Assembly (NCBI RefSeq): GCF_018350175.1
Contig: NC_058369.1
Location: 4,342,001 to 4,406,000 of the forward strand
Length of the DNA stretch: 64,000 bases
Direction of reading: 5' to 3'
Source: Felis catus
Lineage: Eukaryota
In this document: one piece after another, positions 39,990-52,110 of the stretch
Layout: every line of letters begins with the position of its first letter
Position numbering within the stretch: the first letter of the stretch is position 1
Notes under the pieces: generated by a model
Database searches by the model: none
Seen by the model: only the letters and a program-made list of their open reading frames with translations
Told to the model about the DNA's origin: nothing
Translations under genes and position numbers: made by a program

Positions 39990-40580
39990 ACTTGTAGTTT
40001 TAAACAAGTATTAAGATAAATTCAGACTTTAAAAAGTGGCAAAAATAGCACAAAGAATTTCGTACAGTCTTCACCAAGCTTCCCCAGATATTAACATCTT
40101 ACACAGCCACAGTACAACGATCAAAACTCGGAAGTTGACATTGATTCAGTACTGTTCATTAACATACACACCTTATCCAAATTTCGATTGTTCATCGCTG
40201 ATAATTGTTTTCCCCGTCCCAGGATCCAGTCCGGGATCCCACTTAGATGTCATTTCTCCTTTGCCTCCTTCAGTCTGGATCAGTTCTTCGGTCTTATTTT
40301 TTCTTGACTATGTCACTGGTAATGAGTACTCCCAGTTATTTGGAAGAATGCCCCTTAATTTTGGGTTTGATTCATGTTTTCCTCACGATTAAACTCAGGT
40401 TGCTAATTTTTTGGCAGGAGCGATGTGTCCATCCCAGAGCGCCCTATCAGGAGGCACATGATGTCAATTGTACCATTAGTGATGATAATTGAGATCACTT
40501 GGTTTAGATAGCGTCTGCCAGGTTACTGCTTTTCCCGTTGTAATTACTATCTCGTGGGGAGATACTGAGTCTATGTAAAT
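39990..40580 (-). mobile_element. Ancient L1M (L1MC/ME-like) 3' fragment
   Basis: CACCAAGCTTCCCC..ATTAACATCTTACA, AATGCCCCTTAATTTTGGGTTTG, GGGAGATACTGAGTCTATGTAAAT. Confidence 0.65.
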
Positions 40581-41890
40581 AAGCAGAGAATATTTGAGAA
40601 AGAGAAGGGGGGGGAGGCAGAGGAGGGCAAGAAGGAAGCTCGCTCATTCAGTCTCCTGTTGTGGTCTTTCCTAGCATGCACTGTTGCAATTTAGTAAATA
40701 AAACTGCCTCCATTCTAGGCAAAAATCCGAGCTCTGTGTGTCCCCAGGGGAAAAGAAAGAGGCCGTGTCACACAGTGACCACTGGGGGGCGGCAGAGGAT
40801 TGGGAAGCCACTCAGCTCCTAAGTAGCTAAACTGGAGGGGACTCAAAGGCTGTGTATGCATCAGCTGGGGTCGGGCATCTCCCCGAACCAGGTCAGGAAG
40901 GCGCCGGCTGCTCCAATAAAGGCGGAGCACTTCTGGTGGCACCGAGCTTGCTGCTCTGTGGATTACGCTCTCAGCACAGCGCATGCGCCACCTCTGACCG
41001 AGGGGCTCTCCATCCCGGAAGGACTTCCGGGAGGTCCGAGAATCCCTTCTGAACCTGACGGCGAAATTCGTGGGTACCGAAGGTGTGTCGTTTTGGAGAC
41101 TGGTTGCAAACCGCGAAGACACTTCTGGCAAATGTAAGCAAAGGAAGAATTTGCTGGGAAGCTTTGAGATGCTCAGAAGATCGAAAGGAGAAGAGAAGAA
41201 ACTGTGTAACTCCAGTGGGTCTTGGCAGCCGGAACAGTTTAGCAGAATGGGAGGGGCACCTCTGGGAGAATTCCCAGACTTCTGTTGCTTTCAGGCTTGC
41301 ATTCAGCTCACGATTCAGACTCCCGACAGAAAGTGCTGGATGGGTCCAGCATGGCGGGGCACTTAGTCGCTGCCCCCCTCCTGCTTTCCCCAGCTATCCA
41401 GTTCATGCCTCCATCAAACATTTATTGAGCCAATGCCTTTAGGTGCCCAGCGGCTGGTCTGGGATGCCACCTGCCATTTGAGATGTCCAAGTGGAGGCAG
41501 CCAGTGGGAAGCCATACGTCTGAGAGCTGAAGGAGGGGGGCTGTCAATCTATTGTGCGGTCCTGGGTCCTCACTCCTGGAATGAGCCCCTAAGTCCCGGC
41601 TAGGGTCTAGGAAGCCCTCCAGGTTTTCCTCCTTGTCTCCCTCCCGCCCCCTCACCCTGCGCCAAGCCATTCTGGCCTCCTCACTGCTCCCCACATACGC
41701 CAAGCCCTTTCTCTCCAGCGCGCACACAGAGGTGGCACTTAAATCCACGGCAGAGAGGTTGTTCCTCCAAAGGGAATCCGGGTGTTATTGCCAAGGGATG
41801 TGGAATGGATGCTGGCTGGCAAAACCCCACAAACGTCTATCAGAGAGGGTTTTAGGAGGGACCCGTGACCTCAAAATAGGTTGAGAATCT

Positions 41891-42107
41891 GGGGCGCCTG
41901 GGTAGCGCAGTCGGTTAAGCATCGGACTTCAGCCAGGTCACGATCTCGCGGTCCGCGAGCTCGAGCCCCGCGTCAGGCTCTGGGCTGATGGCTCCGAGCC
42001 TGGAGCCTGTTTTCGATTCTGTGTCTCCCTCTCTCTCTGCCCCTCCCCCGTTCATGCTCTGTCTCTCTCTGTCCCAAAAATAAATTAAAAACGTTGAAAA
42101 AAAATTA
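41891..42107 (+). mobile_element. Young felid SINEC with perfect 17-bp TSD AAAATAGGTTGAGAATC
   Basis: TSD at 41873-41889 and 42108-42124. Confidence 0.93.
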
Positions 42108-42616
42108 AAAATAGGTTGAGAATCACTGGCTAGTACCGGTGGCCTTTGATACATACGTATATGCGATACATTTCCTTTATCCGATACATTGTACACTTCA
42201 CACGGCATTATATGGCAGCCTGATACCGTCTCTGTATGTACACACAATATACTGAAACAAGGTTTTTACCAAGTGTGTGTGTCTTGATTGCATCAGCCCT
42301 TCACATGGTTTCTGCTTTTATCCTGCTCCATTATAAAAAAAGAAACAAACCTGGTCATAACCCTCCCGCTTGATTTCATAACTCACTTGGTCTGCTGTGA
42401 GGACCTCTCGCTTCTGCCCACTCCCCTCCCTGGCGCTGTCTCCACTGCCACACTGCAATTCTGTCCCCACCCCTTGCTTGTACCATCCGAACAGGCACCT
42501 AACTGGCGTCCTTGCTTCCCGTTTATGTACAATCCACCGTGCCAGAATAAATCTTCCTAAAGCTCATCTCTGATTATATAAAATAATTCTGGTGGTGGCC
42601 TCTTGAATGGATTTAC

Positions 42617-43380
42617 AGTACAACCTTGGCTTGCATTAATTTGTTCCAGGAACGTGCTTTAATCCAAAGTGCTTGTATACCAAAGCAAATTTCCCCGTAA
42701 GAAATCATGGAAACTCAGATGATTCATTCCATAGGCCCCCAATCTTCATATAAAAAGGATTACAGTACTGCAATATAACACAAAATAATAAAGAAAATAA
42801 AAAATAAAGAAACATAAATTAGCCTGCACGCACCTTGGAAAACCTTTGAGGCTGGTGTGAGGGGGTCAAGGGACAGGAGGGCTGTTGTGTAAGACGACCT
42901 TCACTGCCACTAATGGACGTGGACTCCAGTACAGCATTAACAAACTCTTGTCACAGACTGTGTTGAACGTAACTGGCAATAAGGCAGCAGAGGAAAGGGT
43001 CTCTCTCTGCGGGCAGCTTGGCCTGGAAGGAAGCAAAGCATCCCTAAGCTCACTCTTGTCTGGAAGAGCCAAGGACTGTCCATGGGTGCTTTGAAGGGAC
43101 CAAAAACACACGAGGGCCACTTGCGGGCACCTTCCAACGTTCTGAAAAACCACTGATTTCTGCCCAACGCCACGGCCTCACACCGAGCATCCGAGTGTGC
43201 GAGACGATCACCCACAATCCCACAGAGATAGAGAGAGAGAGAAATCATTGGCTCAGTCGTGATCACGTGACGTTCGGCATCCCGTTCTACTCGTTAGTGC
43301 AAGACATCGCTCGTTTATCAAGTTAAACTGTGTTAGAAACGCTTGCTCGTCTTGCGGAACACTCGCAGAGCACAAGGTGT
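42617..43380. mobile_element. TcMar-Tigger-like DNA transposon derivative
   Basis: Begins TA|CAGTACAACCTTGG; resembles carnivore Tigger-type elements. Subfamily not assigned. Confidence 0.55.
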
Positions 43381-43905
43381 GCCTGCATTTTCTTTCCTTT
43401 GGTCACTCCTCAGTGTTCTTCCACGTGTTTTCTCTCCTCCTTCCCCCTCCCTTCCCATGGTTACCATGAATAGCACCTTCTCCCAGAAGCCTCCTTCACT
43501 CACTCACTCGCTAAATGTTTGCTGAGCATGTGTATAGCCTATGCTAGATTTGGAGAATGCAGTATTGAACGAGGCAGACAAGAGCTAGTCCCCAGTGTTA
43601 ATGGGAAATGTGGGGTATACAGGATGCTAATCTAGCGGGAGAGCTTCCAGGAAGACTTCCTGGAGGAGGTGTCAAATATGTCCGAGGCAGATGCGTGTGT
43701 GTGAAGGCATGGAGGTTAGAGGGGAGGTGCGGTGAAGCTCAGAGCCCCAAATGAGGCCGTGGGCTGAGCTCCAGGAGCAAGAAATCAGAGCATCGAGTGG
43801 GTAAGGGTGTGTGTGAGGCAGAGGGCGAGCAAGACAAGTGATCAGTGACGTGGCCGTAAACGTTCAAAAGATGCAAGAACGGGCCATAAAGATCATGCTG
43901 TCACC

Positions 43906-44130
43906 CAGTGGCCCTCAGCTGGGGAGGGGGGGTTCGATCCTACCCTCAGGGGACACCGGGCGATGTCTGCAGACGTCCGTGGTTGTCACAACTCATGGAG
44001 GGAAGGTGGCCCTGGCACGGAGCGGGAGAGGCCAGGGGTGCTGTGCCACATGTCACAGAGCCCAGGATGCCCCACCAGTGAGAAAGCTCTGGTCCCAAGT
44101 GTGCACGGTGCCAAGGCTGAGAAACAATTG
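43906..44130 (+). mobile_element. MER20-like
   Basis: CAGTGGCCCTCA...GGCGATGTCTGCAGAC...GGTTGTCACAAC...GCCAAGGCTGAGAAAC. Confidence 0.75.
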
Positions 44131-44218
44131 TTGAATGTTTACTCCGGCACTTTCTTTCTCAGTGTCCACTTATTTAAACGCCGTGAGGTGGGGGGGGGGG
44201 GGCAACTAATGTAAGTTC

Positions 44219-44538
44219 AAGGTGGCCCTTGAACGACGTGGGTTTGGGCTGCACGGGTCCACTTAGATGCAGCTTCACCTCAGTAAATGCAGGACAGGTC
44301 TGTAGACGGAGTGTCTCTTCCTCATGATCACCTTCACTACATTTTCTTTTCTCCGGCTTGCTTTACGGACACGGTATATGATACAACACACAAAACGCGT
44401 GTTGACTGTTTATTGGTAAGGCCTCCGGTCAATAGTAGGCTATTAGTTAAGATTTCGAGGGGTCAGAAGCTCTGCGTGGATTTCTGGCTGCAAGGAGGGT
44501 TGGCGCCCCTAACCCCCACGTTGTCCAAGGGTCAGTTG
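44219..44538. mobile_element. Tigger2/MER8-type MITE
   Basis: Terminal inverted repeats CCCTTGAACGACGTGGG ... CCCACGTTGTCCAAGGG; internal GGTAAGGCCTCCGGTCAATAGTAGGCTATTAG. Confidence 0.75.
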
Positions 44539-46761
44539 TCATTGAGACGAGGGCACAGCCAGGGACAGCCAGCGTGGAGTTGGCGCTCACACGTGCACAG
44601 CCTAGTCCTATTTTCCCTGTCGTGCTGCCTTTCCCGGCCAGGAGGAGTTGGGGAGTGGCAAGGAGGAGGGAGAGAGTGGCTGCGTGGTGGGCATTTTGGG
44701 GAGTGGGAGGTGGCCCTGGGTTTCTGGTCTGGACAGTGGGATGGACGGTGGGGCGGTGCTGTACGGACATGAGGAGGAGGTCTGCGAGGTCAGATGCTGA
44801 GCTCCCGCTTTGCCGTGTGGAGGGAGAAGCACCCGCAAACCTCTGAGCGGTGGGGTGTGGGGGGGGGCAGCGCTGGGGAGCAAGTCCGCAGCGCGTGCAA
44901 GGGCACAGTGTGGAAGGTTCTGGAGGACCCAGGAGCGGGTGGGCACCAGCCAGAGCTGTGGGAGGAAGAGTGGGGGAGGGGTGACACCGTCAGCCAGGGA
45001 TCTCTCCCTTCTTAGCATGCCCACAGCTGGGGGGCATGTGTAGGTCTGTGTGGGGTGTACCTCACGTCTTGTTTTGGAGTTCTTGCTTCTAGAGAGTTCC
45101 CAGAGGCAGGAACATCTGTGGGTTGCCCTGCATCCCCCCCCCCCGCCCCGGCTTATCGAACTCTGATTGGGGGTCATCAGGATTATAATGCAGCTCCGTG
45201 ATCATCAGGGATCCAGGATCCTTTGTCTCATTACTTTGCCATCCTCATTGTATGATGTCCACCTCGAGGTCTCAAATGTCTGTGGATGCTCCAGCCATCA
45301 CGCCTGCATTCCAGCCAGCAGCTTCAAATTTCCCCGGGTGTGTACAATGTGGGTAACACCTACCGTCAAAAAGTGGAGCTTGGACAGGAGCATCTAGCGT
45401 GATTACTCAGAACCCCCAGAGGCTCTTGGTGAGATGAGGTTCCCCTTGTTGTTCACCCCCCGTGCCTGGCTTCCTACCCGGTGGGCCTTCACGGGGACTC
45501 GACAGCCTGGGGACCTTCAGCGGTCTCCCCTGCTCGTCTCCGCTTGGGCTCCCGAGGCAGCTGTCACGGGGGCATGATCTGTGCTCACTCTGTCACCAGC
45601 CACTCAGGCCCAAGGGCCGGGCCCGGCTCTCCTCCTCCAGGGACCCTGCCACCCGGGCACTGGGCCTGGGTCTAGACGGGGAGGCAGGGCGGTGGGGGGT
45701 GGGGTTGGCTCCTGCTCGGTGCAGGGGCTGGCACTGCTCGGGGGTCTCAGGCTGGAGAGGGCCCGAGACCGTGAACCACGAGATGGGGTGAGTCTGGGCT
45801 CTGCTGGGCTCTCAGAGCCTGGCAGGGAGTCGCGACAGAGACGGGCCCGGCTGCCCAGCTGAAGCAGAGGCTGTGTGGTTGCGTCCTGGGAGTTTCCCGA
45901 GGCTGGCCACAGAATCTGCATCAGGGCCCAGTGCAAAACGAAAGCGTGGGCCCTTTGTTCAAAAAATCTTTGAGAATTTCGAGATGGTGACAGCAGGGCG
46001 CCAAGCCACCTGCAGGCCGTGGAGGTCCCGGCCCCGGGACGTAGTGGACGATTTTAGTGTCACCTAGGGGCTTCAGGGCAGAGGGACAGAGGGGCCTGGG
46101 CTGGGGCCAGGGCTGAGCATCTCCGGGGCACGTGGGGCACTGGCGTGGCACGGAGGGGCAGCTTTAGGGGCTGGCCAGGAGCCAAGTCCGTGTTTCTGGA
46201 ACGTCTTCCCAACCCGGCTTCGGAGCCTGTCGGTCTCCTCTGCAAGGATTGTTCCAAGTCCTACCACCCCCTGCGTCAGAGCCCCCCGAGAGGGGCGGTC
46301 CAAACAGTGCTGCTTTCCGGCCCCCCACAGCAACCCCCCCCCCGCCCCAGGCAGCTCCGCTGTGGCTGGGGCCCAAGAATTGGCCACTTTAGAGTAAGTT
46401 CCTGCAGTGATTCTTAGGGGATCCCCAAGTTCGGCCCCCACCACTCTACCCGACCAGCCCTGAGGACAACTGGCGGGTTTCGTCAGTGGCTGGAGCAGGG
46501 TCTGAAGGAGTCTCGTCTGCCTACAAATAGTCTGCATCATCCCGGGCTGAGAATTCTTTTCTTGCTCTCTTTGGCCCAGGGCTGGCCCTGCTAAGTGAAG
46601 CTCAGGGAACCTGCTCCTTCCGGAACACTCCCCAGAGAGCCAAGAAGAAGGTGCCAGAGGCCACTGCTTCTCCTCTGAGCCTCGCCTGGGATGAGCCTGG
46701 CCGGGCTGGCAGTCTAAGGCAGGGGACTGGCTTGGAGGGAGGGCCGCATCCTTCAGGACCA

Positions 46762-46763
<2 letters not shown>

Positions 46764-46805
<42 letters not shown>
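46764..46805. repeat. (GT)21 microsatellite
   Basis: Directly visible. Confidence 0.95.
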
Positions 46806-46807
<2 letters not shown>

Positions 46808-46849
46808 GAGGGGCTGGGGTGTGGATCGTGGTCCCTCGAGTGGGTACAC

Positions 46850-48489
46850 TCAGTGTGTTCACTGCAGCGCGAAACAAGAACGGGCTTGGAAGGCTCGTGT
46901 CTTTACCGTCGTTTCTACCGTCCCTCGTGGAACCTGCAAAGGCGGGAGCGTGAGGCAGAAACCCCGTTTGTACTGCTTAGCGCATGTGGAAGAAAAGGCA
47001 GGCCATCCCAGTCCGTCAACTGTGAGCTTAAATGTCTCCCAGGAGAGGAGATATATATTTTAAAGACATTCTTTCCGTCTGGTTCCATCTGTAAAAGCAG
47101 GCAAACATTGTGATTATCATGGACTTCTGGCTTCTAAAGTAAGCGCCTGTCTTTCTCGTCCTTCCCTCCGCACCTCTCCGCACACCTGGAGTGGGCTGGG
47201 GAAGGAAGGTTTTTAAAGGCCACGTGAGTTTACATCGGTACCTTCTGTGTGAATGAGAAAAAACATCGGGGACTGAATATACCGCAATATACATGTTCAT
47301 AAGAAACGTTCTAATAACGCGTTGAGCACAAAACTATTGATATAAACATATTTCCAAAAGGAGAAACTATTGCATTTCATAAGATGTCGCTTCTTAGGCC
47401 AGAGGCTTGTCTTTCTTCTTTGCAGCTGGTTTGGGGGCAGAACTAACCAAGTGCAACGTGTTATGACGGATGCAGATCCGGAGTGTTCGAAGTTCGAGGC
47501 TGGGCCAGTCCTCGGGACTCATTTAACTCAGAGAAGACTTTCAACTTTGAGCAGTTCAAGATGGGACTTGCCGGGGGTCAAAGTGCTCCAGGATTGCTAG
47601 TTCAAAGGCAGGCGTTCCAGAAGATTCTGTGGAGTGGGAGCCAGGCAGACGTGGCCCGATGGCTGCCCTCCCAAAGTGCCACTGAAACACCGACCACCCA
47701 GCCCCCTTGGAAAAACTCATTCCAGACCCAGCAGTTTGGCCTGATGTTGGCCACGAACTCGGACAGAACCCAAATCCTTCTAGTTGCTGATAAAACTTAT
47801 GGTTTTGATTCTTAAAGACACCACTGTATCTCGGCACGAGCAGGCCACTTCCGTGACATGTTCTTTGAGGCACGTGGGGCTGTGGGCTGCGCGTGGTCCA
47901 GGGACTCGGCAATCGGCAGCGGCTTCCGGAGACCTTTGGCGTCTGAGCGTGGGGCTCCGGCGGGCCGGCCTCTGCACCTCGGCACAGCGGGCAGGGCAGG
48001 AGGCCTCGGGCACGGCGCTGAGATGGTCCCTTCCCACCACAGGGCACCAGGCCAGGGGCCCCCGTGGGCACCGGTCAGCCCAGCACTGCCCAACAGCTGC
48101 AGAACATCCCGTCCCTCCTGGGATCTGAGTTTTAAGACACAAGGGTGGAAACTGGGACCAGCGGGAACAGCGAAGGAGCCCAGTGTGGGGGCGCCGACCC
48201 GTCTGGCCCTTAGGTGGGGGTGCGTAGACTCAGACCGAAGTTCACAGCCCAGCAGAGGAGAGAGCGAGAACGTTCGGAAGAAGATGACCCAGGAGGCACC
48301 AGGAGAGCAGCTTGGGCGCTCGGGAGCCCGATGTGACCTTCTGCCGTGTTTACCAATGGTTTTCTTGAGGAATAGCGTGTCCTGGGAGGCTGCGCCAGTG
48401 CCTCGCGAGTCAGGTCACGTCACCTAAGAGGCACTGCTGCGGCGGAGCTCGAGGGGCCTGGTCCGGAGCCCGGGGAAGGCACCGTCCAG
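46850..48489 (-). other. RFX2: Probable RFX2 3' UTR (end point uncertain)
   Basis: Repeat-free sequence after the stop codon, with an AT-rich block at about 47000-47400. I saw no canonical AATAAA, so the end is inferred. Confidence 0.5.
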
Positions 48490-48602
48490 CTAGATGCCCT
48501 GCAGGGAGTGGTTTGGGTCACCACGTTCCCGCTTCACCAGCGGCTCACCCAGGCTGTGGGCGTCCGGGTCAGCCTCGCCGCTGCGGTCCTCGCCGAGGTC
48601 AT
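48490..48602 (-). CDS. RFX2: RFX2 last coding exon DDLGEDRSGEADPDAHSLGEPLVKRERGDPNHSLQGI-stop
   Basis: CTGCAG| acceptor, TAG at 48490-48492. The RFX2-type C-terminus distinguishes it from RFX1/RFX3. Confidence 0.93.
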
Positions 48603-49128
48603 CTGCAGGGTTAGCGTTGGGGTTGAGGGGTGCGGGCAGGGGGTGCGGCAGGGAGGGAGAGAGAAGCACGTTCTGAGAGGTGCACAGGCATGGCCAGGCC
48701 AGGGTCTCCCCCCCCACCCCCGCTGCAGTGCCCCAGGAGGCCTTGTGACCGGAGACCTCCCTTGACCAGGGTCCAATTGCCCGGTCACATTTCTGGCAGG
48801 GTCCCCCTTGGCACTGGTGCCCCCGCCCCGTGGGGCAGGGAATGGGTTGGGGTGGGGAGAAGTGGATGCCAGAGGCCCGGGGCTGTGGCCCTGCTCCTGG
48901 GCCTGGGGTGGAGGTGCTTGGGGAGCGGAATTAGACATCGCCCCGAGGCGCCCACCCGAGGGGGAGGCGCGGGGCTGCTCCTTGGAGCCTTGGCCCATCC
49001 TGGCCTGTCTGGAGGCAGCTCCTAAAGGTCCCCAGCCCACCCCGGGAGCTGCCTCGATTTCCACTAGCACAGGAGTGGGAGGAGGAACCCCCGGGAGAGC
49101 CACACAGAAAAGCCAGGGACACACCCAC

Positions 49129-49171
49129 CTTTATCGAGCAGTGTCAGCGACAGGGAGGCGAGATCATTGAA
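49129..49171 (-). CDS. RFX2: RFX2 penultimate exon FNDLASLSLTLLDK, 43 nt
   Basis: TTTCAG| acceptor, AAG|GTGGGT donor; keeps frame into the last exon. Confidence 0.9.
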
Positions 49172-49929
49172 CTGAAAGAGAGAAGCCCGGGGGTCAGGGG
49201 CCTCGCAGAGGGGCCTGGTCCCGGTGAATGTCAGCCACCGGCCCCTATCCACAGCTCAAACAGGCCTTCGCTTAGAAATGGTAGCGGCCCCCACGAGAGA
49301 GGAGGCAGAGGCTGGGTGTGTCCCCTCCGGCACCTTCTGGGCCTTGCCTGGCAGCCGCTGGAGAGCTGAGGGGGTGCTGACTGCTCAGGCCACCAAGGGG
49401 ACAGGGACTGTGGCCTCTGAGTGGTAACAGGCTTACTATGTGTTAAGAGCTCTGTAAGCGTCACCTCATTTGTTCCTCAGAACAACCCCATGTGACACAC
49501 CATTCCACTCCCAGGAGTGTGCCCTAATGAGGCAAAAACAGGGATTCCAACCAGAAGGTGCCCCCAGCGTTCACAGCAGCCTAAAAGTGTAAACGAGCCG
49601 TATGTTCGTCGGTGCAGGGACAGGTGACACACAGTGTTGAACAGCCACGCGGTGGATGCTGTTTGGCCACAGAAGCAGTGAGGCGAGGACACCCGCTACG
49701 ACATGGAAAGATTATGTCGAGTGACAGATGCCCGACACAAAAGGCCACATCACGTGTGAGTCTGTGCGAGTGAAGTGTCCACGACGGGCAAATCCCGGCA
49801 GAAAGCGGGGCGGCGGCTGCCAGCGTCTGGGGAGAGGGACGGGGGGAGAGAGACTGCTGCCAAGGACGGGGTTTGCCTTTGGGGTGATGGAGCTTTCTGG
49901 AATCACATAGGAGTGTTGTTTGCACAAGT

Positions 49930-50159
49930 TTTTTTTTTTTTTAATTTTTTTAAAATGTTTTTTATTTATTTTTGAGACAGAGAGAGACAGAGCATGAACG
50001 GGGGAGGGGCAGAGAGAGAGGGAGACACAGAATCGGAAGCAGGCTCCAGGCTCCGAGCCATCAGCCCAGAGCCTGACGCGGGGCTCGAACTCACGGACCG
50101 CGAGATCGTGTCCCGGGCTGAAGTCAGACGCTTAACCGACTGAGCCACCCAGGCGCCCC
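49930..50159 (-). mobile_element. Young felid SINEC inserted in an L1 relic; TSD TGCACAAGT
   Basis: TSD at 49921-49929 and 50160-50168. Confidence 0.92.
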
Positions 50160-50220
50160 TGCACAAGTCTTAATGTACTAAATGCCACTGAAGCGTTCGC
50201 TTAAAAATGGCTGGGATGGC

Positions 50221-50390
50221 AGGGCCACCCGCACGGCTCACGTCATGATCTCACAGTTCGTGGGTTCAAGCCCCACGTCCCGCTTTGCGCTCATGGCGCA
50301 AAGCCTGCTTGAGATTCTCTCTCTCCCCCCCCCCTGCCCCTCCCTCCCGTGTTCGCAGGTGCTCTCTCTCTCAAAATAAACTTAAAAAAA
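50221..50390 (+). mobile_element. Older, degenerate SINEC in the same L1 relic
   Basis: GTCATGATCTCACAGTTCGTGGGTTCAAGCCCC core, CT-rich region, A-tail; degenerate TSD AAAAATGGCT(G/A)G(G/A)ATG. Confidence 0.8.
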
Positions 50391-50644
50391 TGGCTAGAAT
50401 GGTAAATTGTAAACGTCGTTTACAGTAAACGCCACGGGGGGGGGGGGTGGTGGGGTGGATGTTCAAGGTCGCGATTCGGAGGCGGGGACTCTGGAGCCAG
50501 GTCTGAACCCAGGTCTGTGGGGTCCAGCCCGGGTGCTCTTTCCCACCTGCGGGCCTCCTGCAGGCTGTTCTGTTGCGCGTCCGCGGCGCCCACACCTGCC
50601 CCCGCCGCCCCGCGGTCCCGAGGCCGGGGGGAGGGGGCCCTCAC

Positions 50645-50798
50645 CTCTCCCATCACGGCGATCGGCGTCTCTCCAGTCGCCTCTGCCACGCGGTGCTCCA
50701 CCAGGTAGAACATGTACTCGTCATAGAGCAGGCGGATCAGGTGGAAGGAGCCAAAGCTGGCCGCGCTGCGCAGCGTCAGGTCGCGGATCACCATGGAG
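50645..50798 (-). CDS. RFX2: RFX2 exon (approx. 16), SMVIRDLTLRSAASFGSFHLIRLLYDEYMFYLVEHRVAEATGETPIAVMGE, 154 nt
   Basis: CCCCAG| acceptor, GAG|GTGAGG donor; highly conserved RFX motif. Confidence 0.97.
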
Positions 50799-51233
50799 CT
50801 GGGGGATGGGCGGACGGGGGCTGGGAACCTTCCGGGGAGCAGGGAGTCGCGGCCAGGCAGTCGAGCCAGGCCTCCTGGGGGCCCCGTGGACCCGCGAGGG
50901 GCCTGCCAGCCGCCCAGACCGGCCCCGAGTGCCCGAGCCCCCCCGCAGGTGACCGGGCGAGCTCGCGTTCTGGGTCCCTGGCGGGGACCTTCCCCCCCCA
51001 CCCCCCCACCCCCGCCACGAGCTGCTGCTGACGTTGCGCCCGCCCCCTTCTCCCCAAGGCCTCCTGTCAACCACGGGGGCGGGGCGGAGGGGGAGGGGCA
51101 CGGGTCCCGAAAGGAAGGTCACAGGGAAGCTATCAACTCGCCGTCCCCGGTCCCGCCGCCGAGCAGGCAGCTCCGGCCCTGGGGCCCCCAGCCCCGCCGG
51201 CCCGAGTTCTGGCGGAAGTCAAGCCGGACTCAC

Positions 51234-51442
51234 CTGTAAAAGGACCACTTCAGGAGGAACTGCCGGGCGGCCTTGGGGAAGCTGGGGCTGCCGGCGTGCT
51301 GCTTCAGGACCTGGGTGACCACGTTGTCCAGCCAGGTGGCCCACTGGTCCAGGGAGCTCTGCTGCTGCAGGGTCAGCTTGAAGTCCTGCTCCAGCCGCTG
51401 CACCACGCTCTCCTCGCACTGGCACACCCACGAGGCCTGCTC
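51234..51442 (-). CDS. RFX2: RFX2 exon (approx. 15), EQASWVCQCEESVVQRLEQDFK...ARQFLLKWSFY, 209 nt
   Basis: C-run + GCAG| acceptor, CAG|GTGAGT donor; dimerization domain (FLLKWSFYSS). Confidence 0.97.
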
Positions 51443-52110
51443 CTGCGGGGGGGGGGGGGGGCGGCGGGTCAGGGTCAGGACAGCCCCCCCCCCCCCACGG
51501 CCAGCTCCGGGCCTTTCCCTGCTGCCGCCGAGCCCGGGGGGCGGACGCGGAGGGACAGACAACACCCAGAGAGGGAACCCCCCGGGCTTCTGAGCGCTTG
51601 AATCGGCGCTTCGCGGTCCGAGGCTCAGAGGACACACCGGGTCTTTGTGGCGTTTTACTTTCAAGTGGTCACTTTCCCAGATGTGTGTCGTGTGTATTTG
51701 GTGGACGAACTCGGTGTGCGCGTCCTCACGGCAGGAGCCACACGCGCACAGCCTGAGCCCGGAGGAGACAGACACGAAAGTGGCAACGGGAGGTAGATTC
51801 TTAGGGAGCGTGAACGGAGGTGCGGGTCCAGGCGCCCGGACGCTGGGGGGCCTGCAGGATCATGGCCGGGGGGGGGGGGGGCTTGGGTGGGCTGCAGGGG
51901 GGGCCTCCACCCTGAACCTGTTCTCACGCATGCCGGTTTTGCTGTGGGTTGAATCTTGTGGTTTTGTGCATCTTTCTCGAGGCTGGAAGGCGAGGCCGGC
52001 GGGGTGGGGGGTGGGGGTGGGGGTGGGGTCCACGCACGGCGTCGCCGATCTGCGGCCCGGTCTTCGTGCCCCAACCCAGGCCACAGGGGGGGATCGCACG
52101 GGAGAGTCAC

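Larger units (their letters stand above)
49490..50430 (+). mobile_element. Ancient L1M (L1MB-like) 3' UTR fragment hosting two SINECs
   Basis: CATTCCACTCCCAGGA..., ACAAAAGGCCACATC, AATGTACTAAATGCCACTGAA, ATGGTAAATT. Confidence 0.7.

Noticed and set aside
41915..42247. ORFs containing ERQSMNGGGAEREGDTESK-type peptides (also about 37100, 49966, 58893)
   Set aside because: Translations of SINEC sequence.
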